Positions 28,876-36,664 of a DNA stretch of 64,000 bases are shown piece after piece (the first letter of the stretch is position 1; each line of letters opens with the position of its first letter). A program made the translations under genes and the position numbers. The DNA is from Chloroflexota bacterium. Its GTDB lineage: Bacteria; Chloroflexota; Anaerolineae; Anaerolineales; DRMV01. Where the stretch lies: contig DRMV01000021.1 in the NCBI GenBank assembly GCA_011322445.1, positions 1,629 to 65,628 of the forward strand. The letters run 5' to 3'. The notes beneath the pieces are model-generated. The model did no database searches. It had not been told where the DNA came from and saw only the letters and a list, made by a program, of their open reading frames with translations.

Positions 28876-29976
28876 GGCGAGGCGGCGGTAAAGGGCCAGC
28901 AGGCGCTGGAAGTTCTGCGGCCAGTCGGCGCGGGCTTCGGCGCGGGCTCGGGCTGCCCTTCCGTGGGCTTGCAACGCGGCGGGCGGGGTGTGGGCGGCTT
29001 CCAGCAGGGCTTCGGCGAGGGCGTTGACGCTGCCATCGGAGAACAGCCAGCCTTCCTGCCCGTGGATAACCCATTCGCGGTTGGAAGGAATGTCGGAAAC
29101 CAGCACCGGCAGGCCGCTGGCGAGGGCTTCCATCAGGGAAACCGATGAGCCGTCGCTGTGGGATGCGCTGAGGTAGAGGTCGGCAGCGCGGTAATAGCGC
29201 GGCAGGTCGCGCTGGGAAACCTGCCCAAAGAAGTGCACGCGGTCGAGCAGGCGGGCTTCCTGAAAAATGCGGTGCAGCAGCGGTGCCAGAGACCCGCCGC
29301 CGAGGAGCATCAGCCGCAGGCGGGGTTCCTGCCGCGCGGCCTGCACGAAAGCCCGCGCCATCACATCCACGCCGTAAACCGGCTCCCACGAGCGGTTGTG
29401 GAGCACCACGAAGGCGTCTTCCCAGCCTAAGCGGGCGCGCAGGCCGTCGTCGGGGCCGGGCGAAAAATGTTGTAAATCCACGCCCCAGGGGAAGACCGTG
29501 ACGCGCTCGCGGGGGAAGCCGAAATCGGCGGCGCGGCGGGCGACGGTTTCGCAATCGGCCACTAAGGCGTCGCTGCGGCGGAGCACGAAGCGGGTCAGGC
29601 GGCGGTAAAAGCCGCTACGGTCGGCGTCGCGCAGCAGGTCGGAACCCCACGACATGCTCACGAGGGGGTGAAAGCCCAGCAGCGCGGGGAAGGCAGCCAC
29701 GGTCTGAATTGGCCCGGCGTGGATGAGGTCAGGTTTGACCTGGCGCACCACCCGCCGGAAATCGGCAAACAGCGCCAGGAAATCGCGCCAGCGAAAGGGC
29801 TTTTGCCCGCCCTGCCAGCGGATTTGCCGCACCGGGGGCGGGAGGGGACGGTCTTCGGTCTGCCGCCTGCCGCGTTGCAAGCGCAGGTAAGCCACCTCGT
29901 GCCCGCTTTCGGCGAGGGCGGTCAGAAAGCGGTGGTCGTGGGGGGTGTAGTCGAGGGAGAAGTAGAAGAGGCGCAT
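28864..29976 (-). CDS. glycosyltransferase family 4 (GT-B fold)
   Basis: 370 aa. Motif DGSSVSLMEALASGLPVLVSD (EX7E region). Confidence 0.85.
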   Translation of the reverse strand: MRLFYFSLDYTPHDHRFLTALAESGHEVAYLRLQRGRRQTEDRPLPPPVRQIRWQGGQKPFRWRDFLALFADFRRVVRQVKPDLIHAGPIQTVAAFPALLGFHPLVSMSWGSDLLRDADRSGFYRRLTRFVLRRSDALVADCETVARRAADFGFPRERVTVFPWGVDLQHFSPGPDDGLRARLGWEDAFVVLHNRSWEPVYGVDVMARAFVQAARQEPRLRLMLLGGGSLAPLLHRIFQEARLLDRVHFFGQVSQRDLPRYYRAADLYLSASHSDGSSVSLMEALASGLPVLVSDIPSNREWVIHGQEGWLFSDGSVNALAEALLEAAHTPPAALQAHGRAARARAEARADWPQNFQRLLALYRRLAPTI

Positions 29977-30000
29977 GGGAGGGTTAGGGATGGCCTGAGG

Positions 30001-30145
30001 GGATGCTCGGATGCCCTGTGAAGGGATGCCCGGTGGGGGGATGCCTTGATGCCCCGTGAAGGGATGCTCAGTGAGAGGGTGCCCGGATGCCCAATAAAAA
30101 AGTGCCCGGATGCCCGGTGGGGGGATGCCCGGATGCCCGGTGGGC
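30001..30145. repeat. array of about ten GGATGCCC-type octamer words
   Basis: Plus-strand GGATGCTC GGATGCCC ..GGATGCCC ..GGATGCCT TGATGCCC ..GGATGCTC ..GGTGCCC GGATGCCC ..GTGCCC GGATGCCC ..GGATGCCC GGATGCCC. It fills the spacer between the GT4 start and the stop of the four-helix-bundle gene. Confidence 0.9.
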
Positions 30146-30532
30146 CTAACGGCGGTGGCTTTTTGCCGAGCGGCGGCGGACGGAAGCCAGCAGCCCGCCG
30201 CTTAAGGCTTTGGTCTCTTCCGCAAGGCGGTAGAGCAATTCGAAATTTTCTCGGGAGAGATACCCCGCGTCCAGCGCCACATAAAGCAACGATTGTACCT
30301 CCGCGGCAGAAGCGCGGGCATAGGCCAAAAAGCGGGAAAAATCGCCGTCCGTGCCGCTGTCAAATCCTTCGGCAATATTGCTCATAGCCGAAACGGCAGC
30401 CCGTTGGATCTGGTCGCGCAGGCCAAAGTCGCGGGCAAAGGGTTCCTGTCGTGTGGCGGCGTATACGCTGCTGACCAACTTGCGGGCGCTTTGCCATGCC
30501 CGCAAATCTTCAAACCGCTTCACCAGCGCCAT
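30146..30532 (-). CDS. four-helix-bundle protein (23S rRNA intervening-sequence protein / Avd-like family)
   Basis: 128 aa. FEDLRAWQSARKL...NIAEGF...ARASAAEVQSLL pattern, characteristic of the TIGR02436/PF05635-type family. Confidence 0.85.
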   Translation of the reverse strand: MALVKRFEDLRAWQSARKLVSSVYAATRQEPFARDFGLRDQIQRAAVSAMSNIAEGFDSGTDGDFSRFLAYARASAAEVQSLLYVALDAGYLSRENFELLYRLAEETKALSGGLLASVRRRSAKSHRR

Positions 30533-30548
30533 CGCTCACCTCTCCACC

Positions 30549-30617
30549 GGGCATCAAGGCACCAGGCATCAGGACACAGGGCATCGGGGCACACAGCCTC
30601 AGGGCATCCCCACATCC
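30549..30617. repeat. array of GGGCATC words (reverse complement of the 30001-30145 words)
   Basis: Plus-strand GGGCATCA..GGCATCA..GGGCATCG..GGGCATCC..CACATCC. It overlaps the last codons of the NeuB-family gene (GGG ATG CCC TGA on the minus strand). Confidence 0.85.
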
Positions 30618-31672
30618 ACCCACCGCACCGCATCTCCCTTCGGAATGTCGCGCAGGGCTTTGGTGCCCACCACCGCGTCCATTTCCCACGACTGAATTGC
30701 GCCGATGACGTTCGGGCGGAGCACATCCAGCATGTCGCGGGTGATGGTTTCCCCGGCTTTGATGTCGCGGGCGGCGCGCGCGCAGCGGCGCTGGACGAGG
30801 TAGGTTTCCTTTTCGTTGCCCGCCACGAATTTGTCGCCGGAGCCGAGGGCGCGTTCCAGTTTGCGGGTTTCTTCCACCATCAGCGCCCATTCGTCGGGGT
30901 TGGTGGCAAACTTGTGGTCGGGGCCTTCGCGGTCGTTGTCGTCGGTGAAGTGGCGTTCCACCACGCGAGCGCCCAACGCCACCGCACCCAAAATCACCGC
31001 CAGCCCGCGGGTGTGGTCGGAAATGCCCAGCACGGCATTGGGCCACATCTGGCGGTAGGTTTTCAGCACGTTGAGGTGAATGTGGTCGAAGTTTTCTTCG
31101 CTGGCAGTGTAGTTGGTATTGCACTGCATCAGCACGATCTGGTCGTTGACTTCCTGCACCATGCGCATTGCCCGGGCCACGTCGCTGATATCCGAAGCGC
31201 CGGTAGCCATCATGATGGGCTTGCCCTTCTTCGCCATGTAAACCAGCAGTTCCGGCCACGACATCAGCCCCGAACCCGCTTTGTAAACCGGCACGTAGGG
31301 TTCGATGTGGTCCACCGAGTCGAAATCGTAGGGCGAGGAGAAGAAGTCAATGCCGACCTTGTCGCATTCCTCTTTGAGGTAGGGCGTCCAGTCGCGGGGC
31401 AGGGAAGCCTCTTCGTAGACCTGATAAACCGACTTCTTCCAGGAAGCCTGGTGGGAGAGCTGCTTCCCGAAGGCGCGGAAGCCGTAATCGGAGACGATTT
31501 TGGGGGCGAGGAAGTGCTGGAATTTGGCCGCGTCCGCGCCGGCTTCCTTGGCGAGGCGGATGAGCAGTTTAGCGCGTTCTAAGGAGCCATCGTGGTTGGC
31601 GGCGATGTCGGCAATGAAATAGGTGGGATGGCCGTCGCCAATCAGGCGGTTGCCAATGCGGATTTCGGGCAT
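30599..31672 (-). CDS. NeuB-family nonulosonic/sialic-acid-type synthase with C-terminal SAF domain
   Basis: Track ORF 30599..31777 trimmed to ATG 31672 (GGAGGTG upstream). Motif FIADIAANHDGSLERAKLLIRLAKEAGADAAKFQ. Confidence 0.85.
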   Translation of the reverse strand: MPEIRIGNRLIGDGHPTYFIADIAANHDGSLERAKLLIRLAKEAGADAAKFQHFLAPKIVSDYGFRAFGKQLSHQASWKKSVYQVYEEASLPRDWTPYLKEECDKVGIDFFSSPYDFDSVDHIEPYVPVYKAGSGLMSWPELLVYMAKKGKPIMMATGASDISDVARAMRMVQEVNDQIVLMQCNTNYTASEENFDHIHLNVLKTYRQMWPNAVLGISDHTRGLAVILGAVALGARVVERHFTDDNDREGPDHKFATNPDEWALMVEETRKLERALGSGDKFVAGNEKETYLVQRRCARAARDIKAGETITRDMLDVLRPNVIGAIQSWEMDAVVGTKALRDIPKGDAVRWVDVGMP

Positions 31673-31712
31673 GGGAACACCTCCGGGGTTTTCGTGGGGT
31701 TCTTGCAGGGCG

Positions 31713-32540
31713 TTATGTGCCCCAGTCGCGCAGGTAGAGGAAGTCGTAACCGATGGTGCGGTTGGAAAGTTTGGCAATCGGGGGCATCAGGCGCTTGAAG
31801 TGGTTGCGGCGCATCCGCCGGACGACGGCTTGCACAAAGGCTTCATCGAAGCCCTCTTCGATGCATTCCTGGGGGGTGTAGCGCCGGTCCACCAGCAGGT
31901 AGAGCAGCCGGTCGGCTTCCCGATACGAAAAGCCGAGTTCCTGCTCGTCGGTTTGGCCTGCCCACAGGTCGGCCGTAGGGGCTTTTTTGATGATGACTTC
32001 CGGCACACCGACGGCTTCGGAAAGTTGCCACACCTGCGTTTTGTAAAGGTCGCCGATGGGGTTGATGGCATAGGCCGAATCGCCGTAAAGGGTGGAATAG
32101 CCCAGCAGGATTTCGGTTTTGTTGCTGGTGCCCACGACCAGGCCCCCAAAGGCCGCCGACTGGTCGTAGAGCACCATCATGCGGGCGCGGGCCATCATAT
32201 TGCCGCGGCGGCGCTTATCCATTTCGGGGAAGCGGGCGAAATAAGGCTCCACCATCTCGGTGATGTCGACCGTGAGCGAGCGCACGCCCGTGGCGTCGAT
32301 GACCATTTGGGCGTGTTCCAGCGATTCGCGGGATGAGGTGCGGTAAGGCATCCGCACCGCGAGAACGTTTTCGGGGCCAAGGGCTTCGGCGGCCAGGAAG
32401 CAGGAAAGCGCCGAATCCACGCCGCCGGAAAGCCCCACCACGGCGCGTTTCAGGCCAATGCGGCCGATTTCGCTGCGGATGAAGCCGGTGAGGATGCGGC
32501 GGGCTAAATCGGTGTTGATGGCGAGGTCAATGGGGGGCAT
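31713..32540 (-). CDS. nadE: NAD+ synthetase, single-domain (NadE)
   Basis: 275 aa. PP-loop [10 protein letters not shown] and a typical NadE C-terminal region. Confidence 0.92.
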   Translation of the reverse strand: MPPIDLAINTDLARRILTGFIRSEIGRIGLKRAVVGLSGGVDSALSCFLAAEALGPENVLAVRMPYRTSSRESLEHAQMVIDATGVRSLTVDITEMVEPYFARFPEMDKRRRGNMMARARMMVLYDQSAAFGGLVVGTSNKTEILLGYSTLYGDSAYAINPIGDLYKTQVWQLSEAVGVPEVIIKKAPTADLWAGQTDEQELGFSYREADRLLYLLVDRRYTPQECIEEGFDEAFVQAVVRRMRRNHFKRLMPPIAKLSNRTIGYDFLYLRDWGT

Positions 32541-32552
32541 GAAAGCACCTCG

Positions 32553-33035
32553 TTAGCGGTAGCGTTTGACGGCTTCCCGGAAGCGTTTTTGGGTGGCAGT
32601 GAGTTTACGGCGGCGGACAACCTGGGAGCCGACCAGTTGATCGTGGAGGGTGGTGTGCTGCCGTACCAGGTAGAAGAGCATGATCAGCCACCCGAACATC
32701 ACGACGAAGAGGGTAAAGAGTTTTGCGAGTTCCCGCAGAATGGCGCTCCGCACCGTCAGGCGACGCGCTCGCGGGCCGATGACTTCCAGCCCGAACAGCC
32801 ATTTGCCCGGGGTGGTTTGCCAGAGCGCCGTGGGCACGCCCAGCAACACCGCGGTCAGCAAAAAGAAAAGGGCAATGGCGGCCAGTCCCCACAATTCTGC
32901 GACGAGACCGCTTTTCAGAGAAAGCCGAGCGAGCAGCGCCGAAGGCCACGCGATGCCAAAGGCGGCTGCCGTCATTGCCCAGAAGAGATCGACTACTGCA
33001 GCGAAGAGCCGTCTTGCCACCATGTTCCCCTCCAA
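32553..33035 (-). CDS. RDD-family membrane protein
   Basis: 160 aa (or 156 aa from M5). Three TM helices with Arg/Asp spacing typical of the RDD domain. Confidence 0.6.
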   Translation of the reverse strand: MEGNMVARRLFAAVVDLFWAMTAAAFGIAWPSALLARLSLKSGLVAELWGLAAIALFFLLTAVLLGVPTALWQTTPGKWLFGLEVIGPRARRLTVRSAILRELAKLFTLFVVMFGWLIMLFYLVRQHTTLHDQLVGSQVVRRRKLTATQKRFREAVKRYR

Positions 33036-33038
33036 TGA

Positions 33039-33905
33039 CTAACGCAAGCGGTTGGGTTGGGCGAGGATGCGGTTGAGTTCCCGTTGCACCAGCGCGGTGC
33101 GCTCGTCGCGCAGCAGCGGCAGGCGGGCGCGCACGCGGTGCAGTTCCCGCAAATCCACTTCATGGAAAATGAGGGCTTCTTCGTCGTAGGGGGCTTGGGC
33201 CAATAATTCGCCTGCCGGGTCGAAGAGGGTGCTGCCGCCCCAGAAGTGCAGGCCGTCTTCGTAGCCGACGCGGTTGGCGTGGGCGACGAACACGGTGAAC
33301 AGGCTGGCGTAAGCGCGGTTGATGTGCTCTACCCAGCGGGCCGATTCCAGTTGCGGGGCGGCGCTGAGGCCGCGGCCGGGGGAAGCCGAGGTGAAGAGCA
33401 GCATATCGGCGCCATCGAGCCAGAGCAGGTAAGGGGGCGACGCGTGCCAGAAGTCTTCGCAGATGAGCATGCCCATGCGGCCGAAGCGGGTATCAAAGGC
33501 GCGCACCTCGTCGCCCCAGGCGAAGAAGCGGCCTTCGTCGAACAGGCCGTAGGTGGGCAGGTACACCTTGCGGTGGACGTGGACGACTTCCCCCGCGGCG
33601 AGGTAAGCGTCGGCGATGTAGAAGCGGTGGCGGGGGCCTTCCTCGACAAAGCCGACCACAATATCCAGGCTGTGGCTGGCTTCCAGCAGTGGTGTGAACA
33701 GCGGGTCGTCGGCGGTGGGGCGGTGGGCGACTTCGGGGGCCAGGTCTTGCAGCACGTAGCCGGTGAGCGAGAGTTCGGGGAAGACGAGCAAATCGGCCCC
33801 TGCCCCTTTGGCTTCCTGAATGAGAGCCAGGTGTTTTTCCAGGTTGGCTTCGGGTGCGCCCAGGCGGGTGTTGATTTGGGCCAGTCCTAAGGTGAATTTG
33901 CGCAT
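33039..33905 (-). CDS. carbon-nitrogen hydrolase (nitrilase superfamily; probable glutaminase partner of NadE)
   Basis: Track ORF 33039..34049 trimmed to ATG 33905 (GAGGTG upstream). Catalytic-triad contexts VFPELSLTGY, HRKVYLP and MLICEDFWH. Confidence 0.85.
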   Translation of the reverse strand: MRKFTLGLAQINTRLGAPEANLEKHLALIQEAKGAGADLLVFPELSLTGYVLQDLAPEVAHRPTADDPLFTPLLEASHSLDIVVGFVEEGPRHRFYIADAYLAAGEVVHVHRKVYLPTYGLFDEGRFFAWGDEVRAFDTRFGRMGMLICEDFWHASPPYLLWLDGADMLLFTSASPGRGLSAAPQLESARWVEHINRAYASLFTVFVAHANRVGYEDGLHFWGGSTLFDPAGELLAQAPYDEEALIFHEVDLRELHRVRARLPLLRDERTALVQRELNRILAQPNRLR

Positions 33906-33932
33906 GAGCACCTCGCAGTCAAGGGTGGTTAA

Positions 33933-33941
33933 ATCATACCA
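33933..33941 (-). promoter_or_regulatory. extended -10 promoter (TGGTATGAT) at the head of the long minus-strand gene string
   Basis: Minus-strand TGGTATGAT about 28 nt upstream of ATG 33905. Confidence 0.4.
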
Positions 33942-34017
33942 CTGGTATTGCGCCTGGTTCACGCGATTTCCTCTGGCCTGCTCGTTGCTGGGAGACCGGT
34001 TCACGCCAACGAAACCC

Positions 34018-34046
34018 TTGCCAACCTTTTTTGCCTCTGCTATAAT
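34018..34046 (+). promoter_or_regulatory. sigma-70 promoter of tRNA-Val
   Basis: TTGCCA (34018-34023), 17-nt spacer, TGcTATAAT (-10 at 34041-34046). The tRNA starts at 34057. Confidence 0.7.
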
Positions 34047-34056
34047 CAAGGCGCTT

Positions 34057-34130
34057 GGGCGCGTAGCTCAGTTGGTTAGAGCGCATCACTCACATTGATG
34101 AGGTCAGGGGTTCAAGTCCCTTCGCGCCCA
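34057..34130 (+). tRNA. tRNA-Val (anticodon CAC)
   Basis: Manual cloverleaf: acceptor GGGCGCG/CGCGCCC, D-arm GCTC-AGTTGGTTA-GAGC, anticodon stem CATCA/TGATG with loop CTCACAT, T-arm AGGGG-TTCAAGT-CCCTT. CCA is not encoded. A downstream hairpin TCACCCCGG...CCGGGGTGA lies at 34137-34166. Confidence 0.9.
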
Positions 34131-34218
34131 CACTTTTCACCCCGGTCGTTCCCCATGCCGGGGTGAAATGCTTTAAGAAACCCTTCTGCCTTGGCTCAAA
34201 ATCGGGTATGATAAGGCC

Positions 34219-35595
34219 ATGTCTTCACTGTTTGCTGCTCTCCATCCTTACTTGCTGTGGATTGTTGCCGCCGTTGTGGCATTGCTTGCTTTTTTGTTGG
34301 GGTGGAGCGCGCGAGCCTGGGTGCTTGGCCGCCGCCAGCAGCAGAAGACGAAGCGCCTTCAGCAAGTGGTGTTGAAACGGTGCCGCGCCGAATATCAAGA
34401 GCGGCTGGCGCTGTTGGATGAACTTTCGCAAACGCTGACCGCGACCCTGAATTACCAGCGCGTGCTGGACGTGGCGCTGGATGTCGCCATGCGGGCGCTT
34501 AGCCCCAAAGGGAATGCTGCCATTCCGCTGGTATGCGCCGTTTTGCTGTTCGACGACCGGGGCATTTTGCGGGTGGGCTCGGCGCGCCGGTTCACGCCAG
34601 CCGATATGCGGTTGGGCCTGGAAGCGACCCGGGGCGCTTTGGCGCGCACCGTGGAGCAGCGCACTCCCCTCAATGTGCACGAGCCTTCTCGCGACGCCGA
34701 ATTGCGCCAGATTATCGCCCTCCATGCGACCCGCTCGGCGCGCCTCTTCCCCTTGACCACGGGCCTTGATGTGTATGGCGTGCTGCTTTATGCCCACCCT
34801 TCCCCCGATTTCTTCACCCCCGAGCGCGTCGAACTGCTGGATTTCTTAGGTAAACAGGCCACCACGGCGATCCAGAACGCGCGTCTCTACCATGATCTGG
34901 AGCGGGAAAAGCAGCGTCTCGCCGAGGTAGAGGAAGAAGCCCGTAAAAAACTGGCGCGTGACCTGCACGACGGCCCCACGCAGACCATTGCTGCCATTGC
35001 CATGCGGGCTGACTTTGTCCGCCGCTTGATAGAGAAGAACCCCCAGGCGGCAGCCGAAGAACTGGCAAAAATCGAAGACCTGGCGCGCCACACGACCAAA
35101 GAAATCCGTCATCTGCTGTTTACCCTGCGGCCATTGGTACTGGAAACCGACGGGCTGGGCGCGGCTTTGCAGGCCATGGCCGACAAGGTGAACCAGCTCT
35201 ATAACCAGAATGTGATTGTTGAGGTGGACCCCCAGGCGGTGGAAAAACTGGATTCCAGCCAGCAGACGACCGTTTTTGCCATTGCCGAAGAGGCGGTCAA
35301 CAATGCTCGCAAGCATGCCAACGCCCCCCACATTTGGGTGCGGTTGAAACTCATCCGCCCTGATATTGCGCTGTTGGAAATCGAAGACGATGGGGTGGGT
35401 TTTGACCTGGGTTCGGTCAGCACCAACTACGAATACCGCGGCAGCCTGGGCATGGTCAACATGCGCGAGCGCGCCGAGTTGATCGACGGCCAAGTAGAAA
35501 TTCACACCGCGCGCGGCAAGGGCACCACCATTCGGTTGTGGATTCCGCTTTCCGCCGAGGCTGCCGAGCGGCTGCGGCAGGGGGAACTGAGCTGA
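34219..35595 (+). CDS. sensor histidine kinase, NarL/DegS type (TM - GAF-like - HisKA_3 - HATPase_c)
   Basis: 458 aa. N-terminal TM helix, H-box LARDLHDGPTQ, N-box EEAVNNARKHA, G-boxes DDGVGF and GSLGMVNMRERA. No response regulator gene is adjacent. Confidence 0.88.
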   Translation: MSSLFAALHPYLLWIVAAVVALLAFLLGWSARAWVLGRRQQQKTKRLQQVVLKRCRAEYQERLALLDELSQTLTATLNYQRVLDVALDVAMRALSPKGNAAIPLVCAVLLFDDRGILRVGSARRFTPADMRLGLEATRGALARTVEQRTPLNVHEPSRDAELRQIIALHATRSARLFPLTTGLDVYGVLLYAHPSPDFFTPERVELLDFLGKQATTAIQNARLYHDLEREKQRLAEVEEEARKKLARDLHDGPTQTIAAIAMRADFVRRLIEKNPQAAAEELAKIEDLARHTTKEIRHLLFTLRPLVLETDGLGAALQAMADKVNQLYNQNVIVEVDPQAVEKLDSSQQTTVFAIAEEAVNNARKHANAPHIWVRLKLIRPDIALLEIEDDGVGFDLGSVSTNYEYRGSLGMVNMRERAELIDGQVEIHTARGKGTTIRLWIPLSAEAAERLRQGELS

Positions 35596-35646
35596 CCGCG
35601 GGCCGGTTTCGCGCCACCTTTTTGAAAGGCTTGCAGGAGATGGCTC

Positions 35647-36423
35647 ATGCCCCAAGTTGACCACATTTACTACGCGGAAGCCGATTTGCGCGCCGAGGCT
35701 GGGGACGCGCCTTACCCCATTGTGCTGGTGCATGGTGCAGGGGGAACGCACCTTCACTGGCCGCCGCAGGTGCGCCGCCTGCCAGGTTTCCACACCCTGG
35801 CGGTAGATTTGCCTGGCCACGGGCGCAGTGAAGGGGTCGGGGAGCAGGAAATCGAGGCATACGCCCGGCGGTTGGTGAACTGGGCGGAGGCCGTAGGGTT
35901 CTCGCAGGCATTATGGGTGGGGCATAGCATGGGCGGCGCGATTGTGCTGACCCTTGCCCTGACTTACCCGGAAAAAGTGAGCGGCCTGGGGTTGGTTGCC
36001 ACGGGCGCCCGGTTGCCGGTCAACGCACGGCTGCTGGAAAGCACCGCCCACGCGGAAACTTTCCCCCTTGCGGTGGAAACTATTATGAAGTGGGCGTTTA
36101 GCCCCCAGGCCCCGGCCCGACTGCGGGAACTGGCGACGCAACGGATGCAAGAAGTGCGCTACACCGTCGTGCACAACGATTTTGCTGCTTGCAACCGCTT
36201 TGATGTCAGCAAACAGTTGGGCAACATTCGCTCCCCCGCGGTGGTCATCCACGGCACGACCGATAAAATGACGCCCTACTATTACGGTGAATTTCTTGCC
36301 CAGGCCATTCCCCAGGCGCGGCTGGTGACGGTGCCCGATGCCGGCCACATGGTGATGTTAGAGCAGCCCGAGATGGTGGCCGAAGCCCTGCGAGGGTTTG
36401 CTCAGCAAGTGTTGGCTGTCTGA
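35647..36423 (+). CDS. alpha/beta-fold hydrolase
   Basis: 258 aa. HG oxyanion motif (LVHGAGG), nucleophile elbow VGHSMGG, C-terminal DAGH. Confidence 0.88.
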   Translation: MPQVDHIYYAEADLRAEAGDAPYPIVLVHGAGGTHLHWPPQVRRLPGFHTLAVDLPGHGRSEGVGEQEIEAYARRLVNWAEAVGFSQALWVGHSMGGAIVLTLALTYPEKVSGLGLVATGARLPVNARLLESTAHAETFPLAVETIMKWAFSPQAPARLRELATQRMQEVRYTVVHNDFAACNRFDVSKQLGNIRSPAVVIHGTTDKMTPYYYGEFLAQAIPQARLVTVPDAGHMVMLEQPEMVAEALRGFAQQVLAV

Positions 36424-36480
36424 GGCCCTTTACCCCGCTGCCGGTATTTTTAGCCCCAGTTTTGGGCGTTGCTTCTTGCG

Positions 36481-36622
36481 GCGTTTCGTGCCGAGCCGCG
36501 CCAAAGCACCTGCGCTGAGCGACGTCGAAGCACCTGCGCTGAGCGATGTCGAAGCGCCTGCGCTGAGCGATGTCGAAGCGCCAGTGCTAAGCGATGCCGA
36601 GGCACGAAACGCGACGAACAGC
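36481..36622. repeat. 24-bp tandem repeat (4 good and 1 degenerate copies) bracketed by a 12-bp inverted repeat
   Basis: Units (G/A)AAGC(A/G)CCTGCGCTGAGCGA(C/T)GTC at 36503, 36527, 36551 and 36575, plus a degenerate unit at 36599. GCGTTTCGTGCC (36481-36492) is the exact reverse complement of GGCACGAAACGC (36601-36612). Confidence 0.9.
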
Positions 36623-36664
36623 GTGTCTCGAGGACGATTGCTGCGCAATCTCTGCCCGGCGCGC

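Noticed and set aside
28583-29554. 323-aa minus-strand ORF and other Arg/Pro-rich ORFs overlapping the GT4 gene (also 27706..28305, 42588..43793, 13616..14425, 9853..10398)
   Set aside because: They are out-of-frame overlaps of better-supported genes on the same strand, with extreme Arg/Pro/Gly bias characteristic of wrong-frame translation in GC-rich DNA.
30599-31672. Calling a complete sialic/nonulosonic acid pathway from the NeuB-family gene
   Set aside because: No CMP-sugar synthetase (NeuA-like) or UDP-GlcNAc 2-epimerase (NeuC-like) gene is visible in the window. Only the synthase family assignment is supported.
36503-36598. 24-bp repeats considered as a possible mini-CRISPR
   Set aside because: The copies are head-to-tail with no spacers, and no cas genes or leader are nearby. 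I treat it as a minisatellite.
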